Shown piece by piece: positions 30,704 to 40,988 of a stretch of 64,000 bases of DNA (its first letter is position 1; the number at the start of each line of letters is the position of its first letter). A program made the position numbers and the translations under genes. The notes under the pieces are model-generated. The model was not told the DNA's origin. It ran no database searches and saw only the letters and a program-made list of their open reading frames with translations. The DNA is taken from assembly GCA_965217895.1 (NCBI GenBank), contig CBDCJV010000002.1, positions 1,600,001 to 1,664,000 on the forward strand, read 5' to 3'. This DNA comes from Waterburya sp. (GTDB lineage: Bacteria; Cyanobacteriota; Cyanobacteriia; Cyanobacteriales; Xenococcaceae).

Positions 30704-31168
30704 TTAACTTTCTATTTTTAGTTCCAAGCCAAATTCTAACGGCTCATAACCAATATCAATTCCTTCTTTGTCTACGAGTGCGCGCAGTTTATCAAACATT
30801 TCCAAACCATCGGGACGCAAAATAACAATTAAATACTGTTTATCTTTGTTAGCTTTTAACTTGGCAATTGTTTTTCTTAAGGGAGATTTTGGATCGTATA
30901 TATCGGCTCTAGGAGCAAATTCTTTGCTGGGATGAATTATAAAACCATCTTGACGACATTCAATATAAAGAGGAGTTTTGTTTTTATTAATACCATTACC
31001 ATCCTTTTCAGCTTTAGCAACTACAACAGCCTCTTGGGGTTTTAAAGCTTGGGTAGTTAAAACGATAATTAATAAAATTAAAGTACCAATGGTACAGGCA
31101 AGAACAGAGAGAAAGGGAAATAGCTCTACCTCTGCCTGCTTTTTGCGATAAATATTACGCCTTGACAT
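30704..31168 (-). CDS. ExbD/TolR-like single-pass protein (TM lacks the Asp)
   Basis: TM LFPFLSVLACTIGTL and C-terminal ILRPDG...IGYEP; paralogous to the downstream gene. Confidence 0.6.
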   Translation of the reverse strand: MSRRNIYRKKQAEVELFPFLSVLACTIGTLILLIIVLTTQALKPQEAVVVAKAEKDGNGINKNKTPLYIECRQDGFIIHPSKEFAPRADIYDPKSPLRKTIAKLKANKDKQYLIVILRPDGLEMFDKLRALVDKEGIDIGYEPLEFGLELKIES

Positions 31169-31190
31169 AAAAAATGCTGTCTAGTTTTAC

Positions 31191-32615
31191 TTAAGAATTA
31201 TTACCATTGTCTTGTTCGACAAAAGTGATGCGACGAGGCTTATTTAGCTGTTGGAGAATAGGCTGAAGTAGGGATAAGTTATCTTTGACACCTGCTAGAA
31301 CATTTTCTAGTTGAGCAGTTTTTTCTAAGGAAGCAAAACTTCTTTCTAAACCCTGCTGTATCTGCTGAAAATCAGTCATTTTCTGAGTGGCGGTTTCTAA
31401 AGAACCGACTCTACTTTCCAAAACTTGAGCAGCTTTTTCTAGCTGCTGGCTAATTCCTAGGGTTTGAGCATTGAGATCGTTGGCAACTGCCATATTTTTA
31501 CTTCTAATCTCGTCTAAAATTGCGCGAATTTGCACAACTAACTCTTGGTTTGCTTGCTGTTGCTCGGCAAAAAAGCTTAAAAACTCATGGCGATCGCGAT
31601 CTGCCATTTTTCTGACTTCGGCAACTTGAGCAATGACCTGAGAGCTAACGTCTTGAACCTTACCTATTTCCAATAAAAATCCTTTAGATAGTCTTTTGGC
31701 AGCTTGTTCAGCGTAGGCATTGGCTGGCTGGATCAAGTCTTGAGGTTGAGGAAAATATTCTTTGATTGCACCTTCTACAGCTCGATCGATAGTTTCTGGA
31801 TCTAGCTGTTCATTTTTCTTTTTTAATCGAGGTAACAATTTATCGTTGATAAAGACATCAATTCCCAAAAGTAATTTAGACTCGTACTTTTCAACTATCA
31901 CTAAGGGAATCATCACCAAGACACTCAGAAACAGTGCTAACAAAGTAGTATCAAACGCAACCCCTAAACCTTGTGTTACTGCTCCAATTCCCGCTTTAAT
32001 TTTTTCGATGTCTCCCGCAGTGTTTAAAAGACCAGAAAAATTATTAACCGCGCTACTAATACCAACAACCGTACCAATAAAGCCTAATAGAGGAATTGCC
32101 CAAACCAAAATACGAGGCACAGAGTAAGAAGATTCTGAGGCACTCAGATAGAAAGAAGAATCATCTAGAGCAAACTCATTAGCCACAGTGCGATCGCCAC
32201 TTTTTACGTAGGCTTTCAAGATTCGTCCACATCTTAGTGCGATTAAGTTCCTGTCTTTCATCAACCGCTGCTGAAAATAGTCTACCTCATGAGCCTCAGG
32301 CTGATCTAAAGGTATGTGATCGGCAATCCATATTTTGCTCAAGGCAGTATATTCTTTTCTCAGCAGCAAAAATTTCAAGATCGAAGTTGCCAACACTATC
32401 GCCGACAATGCAACTACCAAGTATTGAATAGGACCTCTTTCAAATAGTAATACTCCAACATAAGATTGCCTAAATGGTGGCACAATGCCGATTACACCAT
32501 AGGTGACTAGAAAAATTGCTAATGCCAATAACAATAGAAAGATCGGGTCAACTTCTAATTCCTGACGTTTGGAGTTTCGACTACGGGCTTTAGGCTTAAG
32601 GCTTAACTTACTCAT
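31191..32615 (-). CDS. MotA/TolQ/ExbB proton-channel family protein with a long C-terminal coiled coil
   Basis: WAIPLLGFIGTVVGI and GLGVAFDTTLLAL helices, then a ~230-aa Q/E/L-rich helical tail. ATG 32615 is preferred. Confidence 0.85.
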   Translation of the reverse strand: MSKLSLKPKARSRNSKRQELEVDPIFLLLLALAIFLVTYGVIGIVPPFRQSYVGVLLFERGPIQYLVVALSAIVLATSILKFLLLRKEYTALSKIWIADHIPLDQPEAHEVDYFQQRLMKDRNLIALRCGRILKAYVKSGDRTVANEFALDDSSFYLSASESSYSVPRILVWAIPLLGFIGTVVGISSAVNNFSGLLNTAGDIEKIKAGIGAVTQGLGVAFDTTLLALFLSVLVMIPLVIVEKYESKLLLGIDVFINDKLLPRLKKKNEQLDPETIDRAVEGAIKEYFPQPQDLIQPANAYAEQAAKRLSKGFLLEIGKVQDVSSQVIAQVAEVRKMADRDRHEFLSFFAEQQQANQELVVQIRAILDEIRSKNMAVANDLNAQTLGISQQLEKAAQVLESRVGSLETATQKMTDFQQIQQGLERSFASLEKTAQLENVLAGVKDNLSLLQPILQQLNKPRRITFVEQDNGNNS

Positions 32616-32841
32616 ACTGGTTTTCAATTATGATTTTATGACTATTACAGCTTAGAGGTTCTATGTTTGTTAGTAATAGCTTATGAATTACTTCCTAGTC
32701 AATCTACTATCTTAGTCTAGGGAGCTATATGATTACGATGTACTTGATTTTCCTCCTTAGAAAACCAAATTCAAGTAAAAAAAACGGATACAACAAAAAA
32801 GCGATCGCTAGTTATTTTTATACAGCGATCGCCTTTTACAA

Positions 32842-33162
32842 TTAAACGGAACTAGATTCTTTAATTAACAATGGTTCTAACTGTCCTTGAGCATCTAAAT
32901 CATAAAGATCATCACAGCCACCTAAATGCTGATTATTAACAAAGATCTGGGGTACACTTTTTTTGCCATTAGCCCGTTGAGCCATTTGCGCTCTAGCTTG
33001 TTCGTCGCCGTCTATTTTATATTCGGTAAATTCAACTCCTTTCCACCACATTAGTAGCTTGGCACGGATGCAAAAAGGACAGGTAGTCCAAGTATACATT
33101 TCCACATCAGCCTTATATTTTTCTGGGTGACGATTTAATAAAGGGTTTAGAAAATCAAGCAT
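32842..33162 (-). CDS. grxC: Glutaredoxin 3
   Basis: CPFC, SVPQIF and GGCDDL. ATG 33162 (MLDFLNP) is preferred to the longer ORF. Confidence 0.92.
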   Translation of the reverse strand: MLDFLNPLLNRHPEKYKADVEMYTWTTCPFCIRAKLLMWWKGVEFTEYKIDGDEQARAQMAQRANGKKSVPQIFVNNQHLGGCDDLYDLDAQGQLEPLLIKESSSV

Positions 33163-33244
33163 CTTATTAACTGGTATATATTTGGATGAATTATAACGAT
33201 TATTATCACTTATATTTGTTCGCAGGCGAAAGCGATCGCACTTT

Positions 33245-33958
33245 TCAACTATTAAGCTCAAATTTACGATATTTATCTAGCCTCTCATAAGCTGCGTAAT
33301 CAATAGGTAAGCTTTCGTAGGTAACTAAATAATCGTCACTCCATTTCTGTAGATAATTATTAAACCAAATGTTATTTGGAATGAGATCGTGAGTATCTGC
33401 TTTTCCTGCATTATGACTCAGATGAATTGCCCCCACTGAATCAGAATTAAGCAAATTCAGACAAGTCTCTTTAGTTGCAGTGGTATTACTCTGATACCAA
33501 ATGTTTACATGAGAGACATCGAGTAATAAAGGAAAATCAATTAGAGTTTGGATGCTAGAACACCAATACTTATCCGAAGGCATCACTTCCAAATACACAG
33601 GTACTTGTAATGCTTTCTGCATTTTTATCATTGCCACTTCTAATTCTTTTTGACTGCAATGACTTCTTAGTGGTGGATGAAGAGATACGGCTAAAACTTT
33701 ATGACTGGTGGTGAAATCAGCGTAAGTTTTCCAGGACGATGGTTGTAAAGGATCTAGTTTATAGCGAAAATAGCGATCGTATAAACAAGAATCGTGGAGG
33801 ATCAAAGGAATATCTGGATAGTCGCGATCAATCTCGCATTTACTGCCAATCGCTAATTCCAGATAATCTAATTTTAAAGGTAACTTTAGAGTGTGAAAAA
33901 TATCCATACACTCATCAAAACCTCTCAAGCCTATAGCCGTTATACTTAATCCTTTCAT
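33245..33958 (-). CDS. Hypothetical protein, probable metal-binding TIM barrel (xylose isomerase/AP endonuclease 2-like)
   Basis: SLHPP, YLEVM, LLDVSH, IHLSHN...DTH and TYE, in the spacing typical of the fold. Confidence 0.55.
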   Translation of the reverse strand: MKGLSITAIGLRGFDECMDIFHTLKLPLKLDYLELAIGSKCEIDRDYPDIPLILHDSCLYDRYFRYKLDPLQPSSWKTYADFTTSHKVLAVSLHPPLRSHCSQKELEVAMIKMQKALQVPVYLEVMPSDKYWCSSIQTLIDFPLLLDVSHVNIWYQSNTTATKETCLNLLNSDSVGAIHLSHNAGKADTHDLIPNNIWFNNYLQKWSDDYLVTYESLPIDYAAYERLDKYRKFELNS

Positions 33959-33987
33959 TTGATAAATAATTTTTTATAGTGAAATTT

Positions 33988-36578
33988 TTAAAAAGGAATT
34001 TCGTCCCAATCAAGATATTGCAGTACTTTTCGTGCTTTTGATTTAGATTCAGCCTGTGTTTTGCTATTTTCTAATATTTCGACTAATAAGTTGCCTGCTG
34101 CTTCCCGATATTCTTTTGATACCGCAAATAAATTACTGGCTTCAGCTTGACTATGTAATTCTTCGCCGATTTTTATGTATACTTTTTGCAGCACAATTTC
34201 TTCTTTAATAAATGCAAAATGACCTATACCGTCTTTCCAAAACTTACTTAACAGCTTAATATTTTCGGGCAAATCTAGATAATCAATTAATTTTGCATAA
34301 TTTTCCCAATTATCTAAATTGCGCTCATATTCAATCTGATTGTCATCACACCAAGTATCGATATGTTTCGGATGATATATGCACCGACTCCTTCTAAAAC
34401 TATCTGATAACTTATCATCCATCCAGATGATATCTTTGATTGCCCATACTATTTGATAATCACTCAAATTATCCCATTCACTTTTATACGGAAAATTATT
34501 AGCAATACACCATTGTTTTGCATCAAAATTTGGATTTTCTTTTCGCCATTCAAAGCCGATTTTTGTTTCTTTGATTAGTTGTCGATGTAAAGCCTCTGCT
34601 GCTGCTTCTGCTTGTTGTTTATTCGTATAACAATATATGCGTTGGCTCTGTTCTACGCGATCTCTTATATCATTTTCTTTCAACTGGCAACGAAGTTGCT
34701 CAGGATAATCAACATAATCCCAAAGAGCTTGAAGAGATTCATCTGTGTAGCATCTTCCTGCTTGATAGATGCTATATATCTTATCTCCAGGGTTGAGTCT
34801 TACTCCTTGACAAATAGCCTGTTGCGCGTTTTCTGATTTAATTCCCTGCAACAATTGATAAGCAAGGTTTCTAATTTCTAACTGAGAACTATTGAGTGCT
34901 GCTAATAGTGAATTTGTCTCTGATTCTTCTGAAGATAATGATAATTCTTCTACATCTTGACCATAAGAATATCTATATGTGTCTTTATATCCTACGATCT
35001 GAGAATAATATGGATCAATACTTAAATAAGTAGTTTTATCAAAAACTACTTTAGTGACAAATGCGAAGCTGCCTACTAAATCTTGCCAAAGCCAATTTAA
35101 TAAATCTAAGTTTTTGCTGGATTTTAAGTAACTTTCGACAGTTGACCAATAGATATAGTCTTGAGAATCTGATATACCGTAGATTTTACGCCATCTATCC
35201 AAACCTTGTTTTAGATCTTTTTCTTTTTGAAGATCATTGACTGCTTGTGTTATGCCATAGCAATCGCACCACTGTTTAATTGTTTCTCTATCGTCCTTAA
35301 GATCGAATTCTGTAATGCTTACTTTAGATATTCTTTTATTGTGTAATGATTCTGCCGATAATTTTGCTTGCTGATAATTAATAAAGTATGGAGCAAAAGT
35401 AATTATATAAGCTGCTTTATCAAATCTGATGATTTTATAATTTTGATTGATATAGTCATTGTAGGTAATTAAATGTCTTTCTTTATCTACATTTGAGGGC
35501 TGATGTAACCTATAACAATGATCGTCAAACCACATTGTGCTTTTTCTAACATAAAAAATTTTATCCCCAGGGTTAAATAAAAGTCCTGGAGCGATCGCAT
35601 CCTGCACCTTATCTGACTCTATATCTCCCAAGAGTTTATATGCTGTTGCTCTAATTTCTAATTCGGGATCTTCAAGACATTGGATCAGAAAGTCTATGCC
35701 TGATTTTCCATATTTCAAAAATTTGGGTAGTAAATAAGTTTTGCTGCGATCGCTTTCCCAAGCTCTAACAAGAAAGTCAAAAGACTTTTGTTTATAATCT
35801 TTTGGTCTGGCAATAAATTCTGCCACCATGTTTTCTTCAAATGTTCTTTGAGTCAGCTTTTCTTCAATTCTTAACTGAACCTTTTGCTGAATAAATTCTT
35901 CTTGGACAAAGGCAAAACGTCCTATACCATCTTTCCAAAACTTACTAAGTAACTCAATATTTTCTGGTAAGTAAAGGTAATCTAATACATCGCTTTTACT
36001 CTTCCAATTATTTTCATCGTAATCAATATTATTTTCGATACACCACTGCTCAAAACTTGAATCTTTTTGTTCCCATTCAAAACCAAGACCACCAATTTTT
36101 TTTTTTGAATAAGTTCTCTATGTAAAGCTTCTGCTTTTTCTTCTGCTTCTTGTTGGTTCAAATAGCAAAACAATCGTTTACTCTTACAAAATTCTTCTTC
36201 CTCATGAAAGTGAAAGTACTCTTCCCCATAAACGAGAACATCAAGCTCCTCTAAATAAGCAACATGGTCATTGATAGAATATCCATCGTCATTAAATGAA
36301 GTACCAGATTGATAAACGCTGTAGACTTTATCTCCTGGATTGAGCATTAGTCCTAATGCGATCGCTCTTTGTGCTTTCTCCGACTCAACATCTTGTAAAA
36401 GATTATAAGCTTTTGCTCTAATTTCCAGTTCAGAATCACTGAGGCGGTCGATTAAGAAATTAATCCCCGAATCTCCGTACTCTAACGCTTGGGGTAACAA
36501 AGATACTTGCTGTTCAATACTGCTGTTAGCGATGCCTTTGGCTAGCTTCGCAATCGCCTTAAGCAATTTTTCCATCAC
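33988..36578 (-). pseudogene. Three-repeat hypothetical protein split by a frameshift in an A11 run (36096-36106)
   Basis: Adding one A joins the 198-aa and 613-aa ORFs into one open frame of about 863 aa. It has three copies of L..L...ELEIR..AY.LL...SE..Q.AI..G..LNPGDK.Y. Confidence 0.8.
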
Positions 36579-36673
36579 TAATTACCGACTCTCATTCAGA
36601 CGCAAAATGATTATAAAATTAACTTGATTAATAAATCAAGAGCAAAATAGTTGGTTGCGAAATTTCCCTGACT

Positions 36674-39079
36674 CTATTTAAGATGCACTATCGTTACTCC
36701 CGAACCACCTTCTTTTTGTTCGGCTAGTTCAAACTTATCTACCTGTGAGTGACGCTTGAGAAACTCATGCACGCCATTGCGTAAACGTCCCGTACCCTTG
36801 CCGTGAATTATCCAGAGTACTCCTGATTCTATAGCACGGGCGATCGCATTATCTATTTCAATTTCCGCACTATCTACTCGTTGACCACGAATATCTAAAG
36901 TGTTCTTAGAAGTTCTTACCATCACCGCAGGTTTTTTTGGCTGGGCTTGTGTCAGAGGTTTTTTCGTAGCTTGGGTTTTAGGCTTGACTTCGGCTTTTTG
37001 TCCGTCGAGAGACTCAATCTCTGCCAAGCCGACATTCATTTTCATGATGCCAAATCGTACCGATAGCTGTTCCGTATCTTCGTCAAAGCTAAGTACGTCT
37101 GCTGTTTGATTGAGGCGAGGAATTCTAATTTTTTCACCCACTTTCGGCTTGTAACCTGGCTTTTTGGCTTTTGGTGTTTGAGTTTTCGCTAATTCTTTAG
37201 CTGTAATTCTGTCTAAAGCCTCTGTCGCCTGTTGGGTTTTTTGCATGGTTCGATCTCCCTGCTGTAGCCGATGAATAACTTTTGCCACTTCTTTTTTGGC
37301 TTGAGCGATCGCATCTTGTACCGTCTGTTCCTGGTAAGCTTTTAGTGCCTGTTCTCTTTCTTGAAGAGAAGCCGCCTTGGCTGATACTTCAGCATAAAAA
37401 CGCTCGGTTTGTTCTAATAGCTTTCCTGCTTCTTGGGCTTTAGCTTCTTGTTCTCGCCTTTGTGCTTCTAAAGCCGCAATTACCTGATTTACATCTTCGT
37501 CTGAACCTGTACCCACTAGAGATTGGGCTTGTTCAATAATCTCGCTGTTTAAGCCTAGACGCTGGGCTATAGTCAGGGCATTAGAACGCCCAGGAATCCC
37601 CCACAGCAGGCGATAAGTAGGCTGAAGAGTGCTGTCGTCAAACTCTACCGAGGCATTTTCAAACCGAGAATCTTCATACTTAAGGGCTTTTAGTTCCCCG
37701 TAGTGAGTTGTGGCAATAGTTAACAAGCCGTGTTCTGCTAAGTATTTTAACAGGGCGATCGCCAAAGCACTTCCTTCGACGGGATCTGTTCCTGCACCAA
37801 CTTCATCTAACAGGATCAGAGAGTTGGCAGCATTATCTTTTAAAGCAGCAATTATGCGACTAATACGGCGTATATGCCCTGAAAATGTTGACAAGCTCTG
37901 TTGTAAAGACTGTTCATCGCCAATATCTGCTAAAACTACATCAAACCAAGGTAATTCTACAGGCACTTGCGCGGGGACAAACATTCCTGCTTTCGCCATC
38001 AGCGCAGCTAAGCCTATTGTCTTAAGGGTAACGGTTTTGCCTCCCGTATTTGGTCCTGTGATCGCTACAACTTTTGTTTCGGGCTTTACTAGAACATCAA
38101 TGGGAACTACCTCTATTCCTGATTCGTGACGTTGTTGCCAAACCAATAAGGGATGACGCAGGCGACGTAAAGTTGTAGTTTCGCTTTTAGCCGTATCAAT
38201 AAACCTGGGAGGATTAGCTTCTAACCATAAGCCATATCGCGCCCTAGCTGTAGCTAAATCTAACATGGTGGCTACAGCTAAAACTTGCTCTAAATCTGAC
38301 TGCACCTCTCCTACCTTTTCTGATAGAGCTTTTAAGATTATTTCTTCTTCTCGCTTTTCCTGGCGTTCTTTTTGCCGTAACTGATTACCTAGTTCCACTA
38401 TGGCATTTGGCTCGATGTAATAGGTTGAACCTGTACTAGAAACATCATGAACAATACCTTTAATTGTCTCCTTGGAAGCTGGCTTAACTGGTAAGACAAA
38501 GCGATCGCCCCTTTGAGTAATTACGGCTTCTTGGATTGCCGTAGAGTTACGCTGCATAATGCCTTGCAGCACTTTATAAATGCGACTACGCAAGTTTTTA
38601 ATTTCGCTGCGAATTTCTGCTAGTTTAGGGTTAGCGCGATCGGCTATTTCGACGCGATCGTCGATACAGTGATGAATTTCTTTTTCAATTTCGGGATAGG
38701 TGCGTACATCAGCAACTAATTCAACCAGAGTAGGTAACTCTTCGCTTTTACCATCAATTAAACGGCGTAAATAGCGCATTCCAGCTAGGGTAGTAGCTAT
38801 GTCTAAAAGCTCTTGTGCCAATAGTACCCCGCCGATGCCAACTCTTTCTAAAGCTGCACCTACATCCTTTATTCCTTTAAAAGTCCAGCCAGAATCTAAC
38901 TCTTGTTCTAAGCTATATATCTCTTTTGTTTGGGCTAATAGTCTTTCGCTTTCTGCCTGAGTATTCGGCAATTTCAACTGACGCGCTGCCACAACCCCCA
39001 GTTTCGTTGCGGCAAAAGTGGATAAATTCTGGCATAGGCGATGCCATTCTAATAAATCTAAAGTCTCTGTAGTAATCAC
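36674..39079 (-). CDS. mutS2: Endonuclease MutS2
   Basis: ITGPNTGGKT, DIGDEQS..QSLSTFSGH, LLDE.G.GTDP and a C-terminal Smr domain (IIHGKGTG). Confidence 0.96.
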   Translation of the reverse strand: MITTETLDLLEWHRLCQNLSTFAATKLGVVAARQLKLPNTQAESERLLAQTKEIYSLEQELDSGWTFKGIKDVGAALERVGIGGVLLAQELLDIATTLAGMRYLRRLIDGKSEELPTLVELVADVRTYPEIEKEIHHCIDDRVEIADRANPKLAEIRSEIKNLRSRIYKVLQGIMQRNSTAIQEAVITQRGDRFVLPVKPASKETIKGIVHDVSSTGSTYYIEPNAIVELGNQLRQKERQEKREEEIILKALSEKVGEVQSDLEQVLAVATMLDLATARARYGLWLEANPPRFIDTAKSETTTLRRLRHPLLVWQQRHESGIEVVPIDVLVKPETKVVAITGPNTGGKTVTLKTIGLAALMAKAGMFVPAQVPVELPWFDVVLADIGDEQSLQQSLSTFSGHIRRISRIIAALKDNAANSLILLDEVGAGTDPVEGSALAIALLKYLAEHGLLTIATTHYGELKALKYEDSRFENASVEFDDSTLQPTYRLLWGIPGRSNALTIAQRLGLNSEIIEQAQSLVGTGSDEDVNQVIAALEAQRREQEAKAQEAGKLLEQTERFYAEVSAKAASLQEREQALKAYQEQTVQDAIAQAKKEVAKVIHRLQQGDRTMQKTQQATEALDRITAKELAKTQTPKAKKPGYKPKVGEKIRIPRLNQTADVLSFDEDTEQLSVRFGIMKMNVGLAEIESLDGQKAEVKPKTQATKKPLTQAQPKKPAVMVRTSKNTLDIRGQRVDSAEIEIDNAIARAIESGVLWIIHGKGTGRLRNGVHEFLKRHSQVDKFELAEQKEGGSGVTIVHLK

Positions 39080-39287
39080 GCTCAGTCTATCTTGTTTATA
39101 TTGCCGGTCTTAATAATTAAATTAGCCTGTAGCGGTATGCTTTGTCTTCACTCCAGGGTTAGAGGATAGGTTTTAGGCGATTAAAGAAATTAAATCTCTT
39201 TAATCCATGCTTAGGAAGCTAAAAGTTTTTGTCAGAGCAGTTTTATTATCTAAAGTATAAGTATATTGCAACGCTTTATGTAAAAAA

Positions 39288-39305
39288 GTTACACTTAGTT
39301 AAGAA
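39288..39305 (+). promoter_or_regulatory. Possible HLR1 (RpaB-binding) direct repeat upstream of hliP
   Basis: GTTACACT-TA-GTTAAGAA against the consensus (G/T)TTACA(T/A)(T/A)-N2 repeat. Confidence 0.45.
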
Positions 39306-39356
39306 TAGTTGACCAACGGTCACAGCAGTTCTCTGCAACTACAGGAGTAATTAATT

Positions 39357-39500
39357 ATGCAAAAGAAAGAAGGCAAGTTTGGCTTTACCAATTACGCAGA
39401 AATCTGGAATGGTCGTTTAGCGATGATTGGTTTCGTTACCGCCATTATTGTAGAAATGAATACTGGACATGGAGTTTTGGCTCAGTTGGGTCTGATGTAA
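39357..39500 (+). CDS. hli: High light inducible protein (HLIP/SCP), 47 aa, missed by the ORF track
   Basis: [47 protein letters not shown], with the ExxNGR chlorophyll-binding motif and an AGGAG RBS. Confidence 0.95.
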   Translation: MQKKEGKFGFTNYAEIWNGRLAMIGFVTAIIVEMNTGHGVLAQLGLM

Positions 39501-39513
39501 CTTGTAACTCTAA

Positions 39514-39676
39514 GTACAGGACAAAAATTGCAATGAGTCAAAAAATTCAGCTTGTTTGAAATCCAAATCAGTAAGAATCAAACGTAAATAATCTAAACCA
39601 GTAGGGAAGATGCTTTTAGCTAATCTTCCATTTTTCTGCTTATTTGCAAGTTTATAGTTTATTTTTTGTCCTGTAC
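39514..39676. mobile_element. Candidate MITE (163 bp)
   Basis: Perfect 14-bp terminal inverted repeats GTACAGGACAAAAA / TTTTTGTCCTGTAC around a non-coding interior. Confidence 0.6.
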
Positions 39677-39898
39677 AAAGATTCAGTACTTATGAAAATA
39701 CCACCACCATTAAACCTAGCCGTATTACCACTAATAGTTATGTGTATTCTTTAATTTGTGGCTAAATTAAAATCTAAACTTTATCGCCTCAAAGATCGAG
39801 AAGATGGAAACTGGATAATGCTGCGATCGCGACTGTTAGGGACAAGTAAGCCAAGACAAACTACACTATCGTTTGGCGGTACTTGAAAAGCAAAGAAA

Positions 39899-40943
39899 GT
39901 GATTTTAAAGTTTATTGTTCGAGTTAAAAAGTTAATTTTTCTATTCGCTATTGGTGTTACCGTCTTCTTTTTTCTAGGTCTTTTGACTACTGCACCAAGC
40001 CATACGCCACAAAAATCTGAGTCGATCAAAGGCATCTGGCTAAGTCATTTTGGCAATGCTTTTCTAACTTATACAAACCTGACAGACAATGCTTTTCATC
40101 AACTATCTCGTCTTAATTACAACCGAGTTTATATTGATGTCTACAATAACGGGACAGCTTATTCTAGCAAGTATGCTCCCAGAAACTATCTCGTATCTTT
40201 GCCTTTTATTAATCCTTTAAAAACTGCTATTAAAGAAGGAAAACGCCAAGGTTTAAAAGTATATGCTTGGTATGAACATGGAATGATGACTTTTCCTAAT
40301 TCAGAGTTAGCTAGGCAACATCCAGATTGGATTTTGGTCACTAGTCAAGGCGAAAAGTTAATCGATCATCATTGGTGGTTAGATCCAGCTAACCCTGAGG
40401 TACAGCAATACTTTGTAAATTTATTTACTGAAGTTGCAGCGTCCTATTCTCGATCTTTACGGTATTTAAATTGACGATCATTGGAGTATACCAATTCAGT
40501 TTGGCGACAAAACTGTTGAGATGACACAGTTAACCCACAAGGTAGTAAAAGCGATCAGAAAAATTAGACCAGACTTAGTTATTTCTCTTTCTCCTCATCC
40601 TTTAGGATTTTCCCTAAATAAATATTCACAAGATTGGCTAGCTTGGATTAAAGAGGGACTAATCGATGAATTAGTGATGCAGCTTTATCGTCAAACTAGC
40701 CAAGAAGTCGCACTGTCAATCGATAACTCTATTTTACCTGAAGTAAAAAACTATGCAGATGTGGCAGTTGGTATTTATGCAGGTGGTTTGACAAATCAAA
40801 AGCCCTTAGCCGAGATCCAACAACAAATGAATATAGTTAAACAATATGACTATGGCTACGCAATTTTTTCCTGGGAAGCTTCATTTGGCTTATTGCGTTG
40901 GAGTAATCGTCAGCAAAAAGAAAACTTTCTCAAGGCAATTTAG
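39899..40943 (+). pseudogene. Glycoside hydrolase-like family 10 (DUF187) pseudogene
   Basis: IKGIWL, VYAWYE.G and WLDPANPEVQ. Near 40450 a frameshift and an in-frame TAA break the D.YGI(Q)IDDH motif. Confidence 0.8.
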
Positions 40944-40988
40944 CTGTTGCTTATTAATAACTATCTTCATTCAGGATATTCTTAATAA

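Noticed and set aside
29949..32615. Zorya anti-phage system
   Set aside because: The tail is ZorA-like, but neither partner shows an OmpA-type ZorB domain and there is no ZorC/D/E nearby.
39280..39292. NtcA box upstream of hliP
   Set aside because: The spacing is GTA-N7-TAC, not N8.
39899..40943. Programmed frameshift in the glycoside hydrolase-like gene
   Set aside because: There are two lesions (frameshift plus nonsense codon) and no slippery run, so simple decay is more likely.
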